64,000 nt of DNA from Thermoanaerobaculia bacterium (GTDB taxonomy: Bacteria; Acidobacteriota; Thermoanaerobaculia; Multivoradales; Multivoraceae), in NCBI GenBank assembly GCA_963664405.1, contig OY761158.1, forward strand, positions 4,352,001 through 4,416,000, read 5' to 3'. Made by a program: the position numbers and the translations under genes. Below, piece by piece: positions 1-8,077 of this stretch. Numbering within the stretch: the first letter of the stretch is position 1; each line of letters begins with the position of its first letter. The notes beneath the pieces are model-generated. The model was not told where the DNA came from and searched no databases. It saw only the letters and a program-made list of their open reading frames with translations.

Positions 1-105
1 CGGGGTCTCGCAGAGAGTGCTGGGGTAGGCGTGCGGGGTCGGCGAGAGCCGGCGCGGCTCACGGATCTACCGTTCTATAAGCGACAAAGAGTGCAGGAGG
101 CGTAG
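1..105 (+). CDS. gcvT: Glycine cleavage system T protein, C-terminal fragment (5' end outside window)
   Basis: Frame 1 reads ...VGVRGRREPARLTDLPFYKRQRVQEA*, matching the GcvT C-terminal V.RG...A....PFYKR pattern; lies directly upstream of gcvH. Confidence 0.75.
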   Translation, partial: RGLAESAGVGVRGRREPARLTDLPFYKRQRVQEA

Positions 106-106
106 A

Positions 107-496
107 GTGGCGAACTTTCCCCAGACCTTTCTCTATTCGAGTGAGCACGAGTGGCTGGAGGTCGAAGAGGAGACGGCGAGCCTCGGCATTACGGACTTTG
201 CCCAATCCGAGCTCGGCGACGTCGTCTTTGTGGAGTTACCGTCGGTTGGCAATAGCTTTGCCGAAGGAGACGAGATCGGAACGATCGAGTCGGTCAAGGC
301 GGTGGCAGAGATCTATACGCCGGTTTCCGGCGAGATCATCGAAATCAACGAGGACCTGGACGACCACCCTGAGATGGTCAACCAAGATCCCCACGGCTCT
401 GGCTGGCTGGTGCGGTTGCGCCTCGCCCAGCCCGATGAGACTGCCAGCCTGATGAACGCGGAGGACTACGGGCGCTTCGTGGAGAGCGTCGAGTAA
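107..496 (+). CDS. gcvH: Glycine cleavage system H protein
   Basis: HEW, GITDFAQSELGDVVFVELP, lipoyl-Lys motif ESVKA, VNQDP.G.GW. Confidence 0.97.
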   Translation: MANFPQTFLYSSEHEWLEVEEETASLGITDFAQSELGDVVFVELPSVGNSFAEGDEIGTIESVKAVAEIYTPVSGEIIEINEDLDDHPEMVNQDPHGSGWLVRLRLAQPDETASLMNAEDYGRFVESVE

Positions 497-506
497 GGGC
501 GGGGTC

Positions 507-920
507 TTGGTCTTGCGCCGTGTCGAGCTGATCCTGGTGGCCTTCTTCTTTGCGACCTGGGGCGTGGATTGCCTCGCCCTCTTGGGGCTGGTCGAGATCA
601 GTGGCAGCCTGGAGATCGGGCTCTACCCCCTTTATTCAATGGCAGCGGCGACGGGCTGGATCGCGGGCAATATCTATGTTCCCAGGACACGTCGGCTGCC
701 ACGCGAGCTGCGTCGCCGATTCCTCTGGGTCTATTTCGTTGGCCCGGTCGGATTGATGTATCTGTTGCGCGCGATGGCGACCGAGCAGAGTCAACAGCAG
801 GCGCCGCTCGTGCCGTTGTATGGCCTCGGAGTCTTTACCGTTCTCTTTCTGGTGCCGGTTGTGCTCAAGCGGTCGCCGCGTCACGCCACCTTCAGACTCG
901 GCGGTCGTGACGAGGACTAG
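507..920 (+). CDS. Hypothetical membrane protein (about 4 TM segments)
   Basis: 137-aa ORF with hydrophobic stretches, co-directional with gcvH. Confidence 0.7.
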   Translation: MVLRRVELILVAFFFATWGVDCLALLGLVEISGSLEIGLYPLYSMAAATGWIAGNIYVPRTRRLPRELRRRFLWVYFVGPVGLMYLLRAMATEQSQQQAPLVPLYGLGVFTVLFLVPVVLKRSPRHATFRLGGRDED

Positions 921-1081
921 ACCAGCGTTTCCAAAGTTGGTGCACATAGCTCGAGGTCATTCTGTTCGCTGGCCAGGCGCGGCGACGCAGGCATATTGGG
1001 CAATATGTCGAGGAGGCGCAACGCCGCCAGCGGGCAGAAGGGGCCGAGATTTGTACGCGAACCTTGGAGACGCTGGTCTAG
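917..1081. repeat. 165-bp CTAG-bounded MITE-like hairpin element, copy A
   Basis: Terminal inverted repeats CTAGACCAGCGTTTCCAAAGTT...AACCTTGGAGACGCTGGTCTAG; inverted copy at 21751-21915 with 13 mismatches in 165 bp by manual alignment. Confidence 0.9.
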
Positions 1082-1108
1082 GATCCTCCGGTGGTACCAT
1101 GACGCGTC

Positions 1109-1903
1109 GTGTCATTGTGCCGAATCGATAGAATTTGTACCGATCTCGGCCGCCGCGGACCGATTCTGGTGGCCTTTTCCGGCGGGGTCGACTCTGGCCT
1201 GGTCGCGGCACTCAGCTATCGCGCTCTCGGCGCCGACGCCTTGGCGGTAACCGCCGCCGCGGAGACGATGGCCGGCCGTGAGCTGGATCAGGCCCGTCGT
1301 CTGGCTGCTGAAATAGGTATTGCACACGAGGTTGTCACCTACAGCGAGCTCGACAATCCAGAGTTCGTCGCCAACCCGAGCTTCCGCTGTTATGTCTGTC
1401 AGGGGATGCGCATGGACTCGATGACCGAGCTGGCCGGTCGGCGAGGCTATGCGACCGTCTGTGACGGTACCAACGCTTCCGATCCTGGTCCCAATCGGCC
1501 CGGTCTGGAGGCGATTACTGAGCGTGGCGTTTACAGTCCGCTGCTCGCCCATAGGGTTCTCAAGGCCGAAGCGCGAGCGATGAGCCAAAGCCTCGGATTG
1601 TCGGTTTGGAACCGGCCGCAAAACGCGTGTCTCTCTTCGCGGATTCCGCACGGCCAGCTGGTGACCTTGGAGCGCCTTCGTCGCGTCGAGGTGGCGGAGG
1701 AGGTCCTCTACGATCGGGGCTTTCGAGTGGTGCGGGTGCGCAACGACGGTGGCCACGCCAGGGTCGAGGTCGGCGCAGACGAGCTCGAGAGGCTGGCGCA
1801 ATTGTGGCCCCAGATCTCTCCGGAGCTCCTCGCCCTCGGCTTCCACGAAGTCGCTCTGGCAGAGAAGGGCTACCGTTCCGGCGGCGCCGACCTCGCTTCC
1901 TGA
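1109..1903 (+). CDS. larE: LarE-family ATP-dependent sulfur transferase (PP-loop)
   Basis: AFSGGVDS PP-loop, RCYVC, DGTNASD, RPGL, SPL, ACLSSRIP.G, RVR...ARVEV. Confidence 0.9.
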   Translation: MSLCRIDRICTDLGRRGPILVAFSGGVDSGLVAALSYRALGADALAVTAAAETMAGRELDQARRLAAEIGIAHEVVTYSELDNPEFVANPSFRCYVCQGMRMDSMTELAGRRGYATVCDGTNASDPGPNRPGLEAITERGVYSPLLAHRVLKAEARAMSQSLGLSVWNRPQNACLSSRIPHGQLVTLERLRRVEVAEEVLYDRGFRVVRVRNDGGHARVEVGADELERLAQLWPQISPELLALGFHEVALAEKGYRSGGADLAS

Positions 1904-1915
1904 ACGCTGGTCTAG
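1903..1915. repeat. Solo 13-bp end of the CTAG-bounded element
   Basis: AACGCTGGTCTAG is identical to the last 13 nt of copy B (21903-21915) and is the reverse complement of 917-929. Confidence 0.7.
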
Positions 1916-2952
1916 CCTCGACTCCTGCCACTACGCTCCAGCAGCATGGCGTCTCCGTAGGAGTAGAACCGGTAACCCTCTCGTGCCGCCTCTTGATAGG
2001 CGGCCAGAACGCGCTCGGTGCCGGCGAAGGCGCATACGAGCATCAGCAGAGTCGAGCGCGGGAGATGGAAGTTGGTGAAGAGAGCGTCCACCACCTCGAA
2101 GCGAAAGCCCGGTCGAATGAAGAGATCGGTTGCTGCCTCACCGGGCTGGAGTCGACCGCCTCCCTTCGAGACCGCCGACTCGAGTGCGCGAACTACGGTG
2201 GTGCCGACAGCGACGATCCGTCTGCCTTCGGCTCGGGCTCGATTGATGGTTTCGCACGCGCCTGGGTCGAGAGCGTAGCGCTCTGTGTGCATGTGGTGGT
2301 CGTCGATGTGGTCGGCGGAGACCGGACGGAAGGTGCCTATCCCTACGTGAAGAGTGATCTCGGTGGTTGCGATGCCGGCCGCGGTGAGGGCGGAGAGCAG
2401 GTCGCGGCTGAAGTGGAGGCCTGCGGTTGGGGCCGCGATGGCTCCGGGCTCGCGCGCGTAGACCGTCTGGTAGCGCTCGGCGTCTTCCGGTTCCTCCGCC
2501 CGTCCCAGGTATGGGGGCAAAGGGATGTGACCTACGCTCTCTAGGAGCCCTTCGATCTCGCGATCGAAACTGAGCTCGCAGAGGCCTTGGGTAGCGGGTC
2601 TCTCGATGCGCGCTCTCAGCCCCCCCTCGAGCAAGAGCTCTACGCCGGCGCGGAGCCGCTTGGCGGGCCGAGCCAGTGCGGTCCAGTGCTTCGGCCTCAG
2701 CTTCTCGCTCAGCAATAACTCGATCTCTCCTCCGCTGCCGACCCGCCGGGCAAAGAGACGCGCCCGAATCACACGGGTGTTGTTGAGAACGAGTAGGTCC
2801 CCTTGGCGGAGTAGCCGAGGCAGGCGATCGACGCTCTGGTGGCGGTCGGAAGGAGGGCCCTCGAGTACCAACAACCGACTGCTCCCGCGGGGCGCCGGCC
2901 TCTGCGCGATCTGCTCGGCGGGCAGGTGAAATTCGAAGTCTTCGGTGCGCAA
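1912..2952 (-). CDS. queA: S-adenosylmethionine:tRNA ribosyltransferase-isomerase
   Basis: DFEFHLP.EQIAQ, NNTRVI.ARL, PLPPY, YQTVYA, AAPTAGLHF, TNFHLPRSTLL, YRFYSYGDAM; TTG start inferred at 2952. Confidence 0.97.
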   Translation of the reverse strand: MRTEDFEFHLPAEQIAQRPAPRGSSRLLVLEGPPSDRHQSVDRLPRLLRQGDLLVLNNTRVIRARLFARRVGSGGEIELLLSEKLRPKHWTALARPAKRLRAGVELLLEGGLRARIERPATQGLCELSFDREIEGLLESVGHIPLPPYLGRAEEPEDAERYQTVYAREPGAIAAPTAGLHFSRDLLSALTAAGIATTEITLHVGIGTFRPVSADHIDDHHMHTERYALDPGACETINRARAEGRRIVAVGTTVVRALESAVSKGGGRLQPGEAATDLFIRPGFRFEVVDALFTNFHLPRSTLLMLVCAFAGTERVLAAYQEAAREGYRFYSYGDAMLLERSGRSRG

Positions 2953-2993
2953 ATCAGATTTACCCAGGGACCCAACTGGTATCGTTGAGGGTG

Positions 2994-4382
2994 ATGGCAA
3001 AGGACGCCCGAGCGCGGTTTTCTCGACGACTTCTGGTCGGCACTGTTGTCGTGGGTGTCCTCATCCTCTGCAATCTCGGCCTTTTCGGGATGCTGCTCTT
3101 CCGCTCGCTGTCGGAGCAGGAGCTTCGAAGGGTGTTGGGAGAGACCCGCACCGAAGCGGAAGAACTGGCTTCACAGCTCGCCGGAGAGGTCGAGAGGGAA
3201 GGGGCGGATCTCTTCACCGCCATCGTACAAGAGCAGGAGACCCAGACCTATATCGACCGAGTGCTGACTCAGAGAGAGATCGTCGAGACTGTGCGGATCT
3301 TTGATAGCGCCGGAACTCTGGTCTTCGAGAAGCGGGAGGAGAGCAGCGAGTCGGCGGACGAGAGCGCCGATCTCGGCCTCGATGAGCCGAGCTCAGTGCA
3401 GACCAAGGTCTTGCGCACAGAGACGCCGTACGAAGTGTTGGAGGTTCCGGTGGGAAAGGTCGGCTCCTTTGTCATTGGTCTCAGCAAGACCGAGCTCGAT
3501 CGCAGAGTTCAAGTGCTGCGCGGGGAGCTCATCCGCACCGCGGCGCCGATCGCCGTCTTGACGGTGGTTCTCCTCGTCGGCGCCTACATTCTCATTCTGT
3601 GGTTGGTGCGCCGAGGGCGCAAGCTCGAGGGGCGAGCGAGAGAGGCGGAACAGCTCGCCTACGTGGGCACCCTCGCATCGGGGCTTGCTCACGAGATCAG
3701 GAGTCCTCTGAATAGCCTCAACCTCAACATGCAGATGCTCGAGGAGGAAGCGGGAGAGCGAGAAGGTTCCTCGCGGCAGCGGATCCTTTCGATTGCGAGA
3801 TCGGAGATCACCAGACTAGAGAACCTGGTCACAGACTTTCTGTCTTACGCTCGCCCGCGACCTCTAGAGATCTGTAGAGTTCGGGCAGTCGATCTTCTGC
3901 ACCGTGTGAAGAGCGTTCTCTCCGGGGAGCTTCGGGCGGGCTCTGTCGAGCTCGAAGTGGTCGACTCCACGGGTGGCGCCGAAGTGGAGGTGGATGTCGA
4001 TCAGCTCAGCCAGCTGCTGCTGAATCTAGTGCAGAATGGGATCTTCGCGGCCGAGAAGAGCGGACGCTTGCCGCACATTCGACTGCTTGCGGAGCGCCTG
4101 GGTGGACGTCTACGTCTTTCTGTCGAAGACAACGGCGGCGGCATCCCGGAGGCTGAAAGAGATCGCATTTTCGATCTCTTCTACTCGACGCGCAAGGGTG
4201 GCACTGGGCTCGGGTTGGCGATTGCCCGCCGGATCGCTCATGAGCATGGCGGAGAGCTGTCGGTCGACAGCCCATCGTCGGGGGGCACGCGTGTAGGCGT
4301 CGCTCTGGCCGCCGCCGGAAAGTCGCGACTCCACGACGTCGCCGAGATGGAGGGCCGCCCGAGTATCAGCGCGATTTCTTGA
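2994..4382 (+). CDS. Membrane sensor histidine kinase; no cognate response regulator adjacent
   Basis: Two TM segments, H-box LAHEIRSPL, N-box NLVQNG, DNGGGI, FYSTRKGGTGLGL. Confidence 0.92.
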   Translation: MAKDARARFSRRLLVGTVVVGVLILCNLGLFGMLLFRSLSEQELRRVLGETRTEAEELASQLAGEVEREGADLFTAIVQEQETQTYIDRVLTQREIVETVRIFDSAGTLVFEKREESSESADESADLGLDEPSSVQTKVLRTETPYEVLEVPVGKVGSFVIGLSKTELDRRVQVLRGELIRTAAPIAVLTVVLLVGAYILILWLVRRGRKLEGRAREAEQLAYVGTLASGLAHEIRSPLNSLNLNMQMLEEEAGEREGSSRQRILSIARSEITRLENLVTDFLSYARPRPLEICRVRAVDLLHRVKSVLSGELRAGSVELEVVDSTGGAEVEVDVDQLSQLLLNLVQNGIFAAEKSGRLPHIRLLAERLGGRLRLSVEDNGGGIPEAERDRIFDLFYSTRKGGTGLGLAIARRIAHEHGGELSVDSPSSGGTRVGVALAAAGKSRLHDVAEMEGRPSISAIS

Positions 4383-4439
4383 GCCGCCCAGACACAGCGG
4401 GCACTCAACGGAGGGCAAGAGCTCCTTCGGTCTCTCCGA

Positions 4440-4469
4440 TTGACCCGAGGACGGTTCCCATGCTACCTT
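4440..4469 (+). promoter_or_regulatory. Putative sigma70 promoter of the rplU operon
   Basis: TTGACC-18 bp-TACCTT with an extended TG. Confidence 0.5.
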
Positions 4470-4535
4470 CCGCAATCCCCACGGCGTGGGGTTTCCACCG
4501 ATGTGGGTGAGCTATATCTGGGGTACGGCACGATC

Positions 4536-4853
4536 ATGTATGCGATCATCGAAAGCGGCGGAAAACAGTATCGGGTGGAGAGTGGCGACGTGCTCGATGT
4601 CGAGCTCGACGCCGCGGTCGACGGAGAAGGCGTGAGCTTCGATCGGGTCCTGATGGTTGGCGGCGAAGGCCCCATCAAAGTGGGCGATCCGGTGGTCGCG
4701 GACGCGAGTGTCAGTGCCGTCGCCGTAGGCGAGGTCCGCGGACCTAAGATCGTGGTGTTCAAGAAAAAGCGGCGCAAGGGCTACAAGCGTACGCGTGGTC
4801 ACCGTCAGAACCTGCTCCGGGTTCGCATCGACGAGATCCAACCGGGAGCCTGA
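4536..4853 (+). CDS. rplU: 50S ribosomal protein L21
   Basis: MYAIIESGGKQYRV...KKKRRKGY...GHRQ. Confidence 0.98.
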   Translation: MYAIIESGGKQYRVESGDVLDVELDAAVDGEGVSFDRVLMVGGEGPIKVGDPVVADASVSAVAVGEVRGPKIVVFKKKRRKGYKRTRGHRQNLLRVRIDEIQPGA

Positions 4854-4867
4854 AGGAGCGCTGAGCC

Positions 4868-5125
4868 ATGGCACACAAAAAAGGTCAAGGATCGAGTCGT
4901 AACGGAAGGGATTCCAACGCCCAGAACCTGGGTGTCAAGCGTTTCGGTGGTCAGCCTGTTCTCGGGGGCACCATCTTGGTGAGGCAGCGAGGCACCAAGT
5001 TTCATCCCGGCGAAAACGTCGGACGTGGCGGCGACGACACCTTGTTCGCCACCGCTGCCGGTATAGTGACCTTCCAGAACAAGGGCAGGCGAGGGAAATT
5101 CGTCCACGTCCTTCCCGCCGAGTGA
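4868..5125 (+). CDS. rpmA: 50S ribosomal protein L27
   Basis: [16 protein letters not shown]...[10 protein letters not shown]. Confidence 0.99.
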   Translation: MAHKKGQGSSRNGRDSNAQNLGVKRFGGQPVLGGTILVRQRGTKFHPGENVGRGGDDTLFATAAGIVTFQNKGRRGKFVHVLPAE

Positions 5126-5168
5126 GCTTGGAGCTCCGCGCCCCTAGGCCGCTTGCTCCCGAGGCCAA

Positions 5169-6173
5169 TTGGTCTTCATCGACGAGGCTAGAATCGAGGT
5201 CCGCGGCGGCAGCGGAGGGGATGGCTGCGTCGCGTTTCGGCGCGAGAAGTACGTACCGAAAGGCGGCCCGGCGGGCGGCAACGGTGGCAACGGCGGGTCG
5301 GTAATCCTCGTCGGCGACCGTTCCCTGAACACACTCTTCCACCTCCGTCACACGAGGCACCTCAATGCCGAGAGGGGCCGCCACGGAGAAGGCTCTAATC
5401 GCACCGGGCGCTCCGGCGAGGACTCCCGAGTGAGAGTGCCGCTCGGCACATTGGCCTACGCAGCCGACGGGCAAGAGCCATTCGGTGAGATCCTGGAGCA
5501 GGACGAGGAGTTGGTCGTAGCCGTGGGTGGGCGCGGTGGCCGTGGCAACGCTCACTTCGCTACCGCGACCCGCCAGGCGCCGGACCAGGCACAGCGTGGA
5601 GGAGAGGGCGCTGAGCTCGATCTGCGACTGGAGCTGAAGCTGCTTGCGGATGTGGGGCTGGTAGGCCTGCCCAATGCGGGTAAATCGACCTTCATCAGCG
5701 TCGTCTCGGCGGCTCGCCCCAAGGTCGCCGACTATCCGTTCACCACTCTTGTACCCCAGCTCGGAGTGGTCGCCCTCGATCCTTTGCGCGATCCGTTTGT
5801 TATCGCAGATCTTCCGGGCCTGGTTGAAGGCGCTGCCGATGGGGTCGGGCTGGGTATTCAGTTTCTCAAGCACGTCGAGAGATGCCGGCTGCTGGTGCAC
5901 TTGGTCGACCTCTCGGGTGATGACGGGGACCCGCTCAGGGATGTGACGACCGTCGAGAGGGAGCTCGAGGCCTTCAACGCCGACCTCCTCTCTCGCCAGC
6001 GCTTTCTGGTCGGGAGCAAGCGTGACGCCGCGAATCCCAGCCGCTCGGAGAGTTTGCGTGAAGCCGCCTCGGCAAGGGGACTTCGCTATTACGAAGTTTC
6101 CGCTGTAACGCGCGACGGATTACCCCAGTTGCTCGGCGCTCTCGAGACGGCTCTCGGTAGTGGGTGTGAGTGA
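5169..6173 (+). CDS. obgE: GTPase ObgE/CgtA
   Basis: FRREKYVPKGGP, GLPNAGKST, YPFTTL, DLPGL; canonical position after rpmA. Confidence 0.97.
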   Translation: MVFIDEARIEVRGGSGGDGCVAFRREKYVPKGGPAGGNGGNGGSVILVGDRSLNTLFHLRHTRHLNAERGRHGEGSNRTGRSGEDSRVRVPLGTLAYAADGQEPFGEILEQDEELVVAVGGRGGRGNAHFATATRQAPDQAQRGGEGAELDLRLELKLLADVGLVGLPNAGKSTFISVVSAARPKVADYPFTTLVPQLGVVALDPLRDPFVIADLPGLVEGAADGVGLGIQFLKHVERCRLLVHLVDLSGDDGDPLRDVTTVERELEAFNADLLSRQRFLVGSKRDAANPSRSESLREAASARGLRYYEVSAVTRDGLPQLLGALETALGSGCE

Positions 6174-6775
6174 TGAGGTTGGGGCTCTTTGGGGGTAGCT
6201 TCGATCCTATTCACCGAGGTCACGTCGAACCTGTGCTCGAAGCAGCCGAACGACTCGGTCTGGACCGCGTCGTCTACCTCCCAACCGGTCGGCCCCCGCA
6301 CAAGCCGGATCGGAAGCTCGCTCCCGCGCTCCCCCGTTATGCAATGACCGACATCGCCTTGCTGGAGCATCGGGATCTGTGGGTGTCCGCCTTCGAGCTC
6401 TCGGAAGAACGCCCTTCGTACACCATCGACACCATCCTCCACTTCCGGGCGAAGCACCCAGCGGCCGAGATCTTTCTTCTGGTGGGAGCCGACTCCTATG
6501 CTGAGTTGCGGCTTTGGCATCGTTGGGAGGCGATTCTCGATAACGCGACCTTGGTCGTACTCGACCGTCCACCGATCGAAGCCAAGGCAGCGAAGATCGA
6601 GGGGAGCGGCGCGGCCCCTGTGACAGACCACAGGGTGGTGCTGGCCGGCAACAGCCCCCGCGATGTCTCGTCGACCGAGATCCGGGCTCTGCTGGCTCGT
6701 CGAGAGCGCCCCCCCTCGAGTTGGATGTCTTCAGCGGTGGTAGACTTTGCTCTCAAGTACCGCCTCTATCGATGA
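6173..6775 (+). CDS. nadD: Nicotinate-nucleotide adenylyltransferase
   Basis: FGGSFDPIHRGH, PPHK, SYTIDT, GADS, VSSTEIR. Confidence 0.95.
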   Translation: MRLGLFGGSFDPIHRGHVEPVLEAAERLGLDRVVYLPTGRPPHKPDRKLAPALPRYAMTDIALLEHRDLWVSAFELSEERPSYTIDTILHFRAKHPAAEIFLLVGADSYAELRLWHRWEAILDNATLVVLDRPPIEAKAAKIEGSGAAPVTDHRVVLAGNSPRDVSSTEIRALLARRERPPSSWMSSAVVDFALKYRLYR

Positions 6776-7164
6776 CTGTAACGTCCCCCTCGCCAGAGCC
6801 CAGCGTCGGTCTTCGCCTTGCCGTGGAGGTGGCGGACGGCCGGCAGGCGATCGACCTCAAGGTGCTCGAGCTCGAAGCCGTTAGCGACTTCACGGATCAC
6901 TTCTTGATTTGCTCCGGCTCGAGCTCTCGCCAAGTTCAGGCCATCGCGGATGCGGTCGAGAGGAGGTTGCGGGATGGCGGGGTGCGGCCGCTTCATATCG
7001 AGGGGGCCAGACAGGGGCGCTGGGTGCTGATGGACTACGGAGAGTTTATCGTCCATATTTTCGACCCGGAGCGGCGCGACTACTTTCGCCTCGAAGACAT
7101 CTGGTCCGACGCCCCGGACATCACCGACTCCCTTCTCGAAAACGGCTCTGCGGCCGAGCTGTGA
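6772..7164 (+). CDS. rsfS: Ribosome silencing factor
   Basis: DHFLICSG.S.RQVQAIAD, EG....WVLMDYG..IVHIF...R.Y.LE.IW.DAP; follows nadD. Confidence 0.93.
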   Translation: MTVTSPSPEPSVGLRLAVEVADGRQAIDLKVLELEAVSDFTDHFLICSGSSSRQVQAIADAVERRLRDGGVRPLHIEGARQGRWVLMDYGEFIVHIFDPERRDYFRLEDIWSDAPDITDSLLENGSAAEL

Positions 7165-8072
7165 TCGCTCAGCCGCTTTCCCTCGAGCGAGTCATGAGCT
7201 CGTCAGTGCTTGCTCAGGCGCTTCGCGGCGCCGAGCGAGCAGCGCGAGCGGACACGCCTCTGCTCATCCTCGGCGAGGCAGGCACCGGCCGCACCACTTT
7301 CGCGCGTGCTCTGCATGACGCCAGCACCCGCACTGGAGCTCTTGTGGAGGTTGACGTCGCTACGATCCCTGCTTCTCTCTTCGAGAGCGAGCTCTTCGGT
7401 TACCGCGCTGGAGCCTTCAGTGGGGCAGACCGAAACAACGCCGGCAGGGTGACGCTGGCTCGCCAGGGAACGCTCTTCCTCGACCACATCGAGGAGCTTC
7501 CCCTGGAGACTCAGCCCAAGCTCCTTCGCCTTCTTGCTGAGGGGGCCTACGCTCCACTCGGTGGGGCTGAGGCCCACTGTGACGCTCGCGTCATCGCGGT
7601 AGCCTCGGATCAACTGCCACAGCGGGTTCAGCGCGGTCTCTTCCGGGAGGATCTCTACTATCGACTCGACGTCATCTCCTTTCAAATGCCACCATTGCGG
7701 CAGCGAAAGGGGGACCTGGCCGAGCTCGTCGAAGTAATGCTCGAGGAATTGCGTCAGCGTTACCGTCGTTTTGATCTGGTCTTGGAGGAGACCGCTCTCG
7801 AGTGGATGGAGGGCTACTCCTGGCCGGGAAATTTGCGCCAGCTCCGCAACCTGCTCGAGCGCGAGCTACTCTCCGGCGACAGTCCGACGCTAAGTCCCGG
7901 ACCCCCCTTCGATGCAATGGGAGAGCGCCCCAAGCGTCTTCGCGATCTCGAGTTGGAAGAGGTCAAGAAGGCCTTGCGGTACACGAAGGGGCATCAAGGT
8001 CGCGCGGCTGCCCTCCTCGGTATCAGCCGAAAGTCTCTGTGGGAGAAGCGCAAGCGCTTCGAGATCGGCTGA
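7161..8072 (+). CDS. Sigma54-activator-like AAA+/Fis-HTH regulator with degenerate ATPase motifs and no input domain
   Basis: ESELFGYRAGAFSGA, FREDLYYRL, WPGNLRQL, C-terminal HTH AAALLGISRKSLW; Walker A GEAGTGRT, Walker B LFLDHI. Confidence 0.85.
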   Translation: MIAQPLSLERVMSSSVLAQALRGAERAARADTPLLILGEAGTGRTTFARALHDASTRTGALVEVDVATIPASLFESELFGYRAGAFSGADRNNAGRVTLARQGTLFLDHIEELPLETQPKLLRLLAEGAYAPLGGAEAHCDARVIAVASDQLPQRVQRGLFREDLYYRLDVISFQMPPLRQRKGDLAELVEVMLEELRQRYRRFDLVLEETALEWMEGYSWPGNLRQLRNLLERELLSGDSPTLSPGPPFDAMGERPKRLRDLELEEVKKALRYTKGHQGRAAALLGISRKSLWEKRKRFEIG

Positions 8073-8077
8073 CTCGA

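Noticed and set aside
996-1250. Duplicated small ORF MGNMSRRRNA (also 21621-21836, minus strand)
   Set aside because: It is the translation of the non-coding repeat element; similarity ends at the element boundary.
4470-4535. L21 leader RNA
   Set aside because: Only a short CCCCACG/CGTGGGG hairpin; not enough to assign a family by eye.
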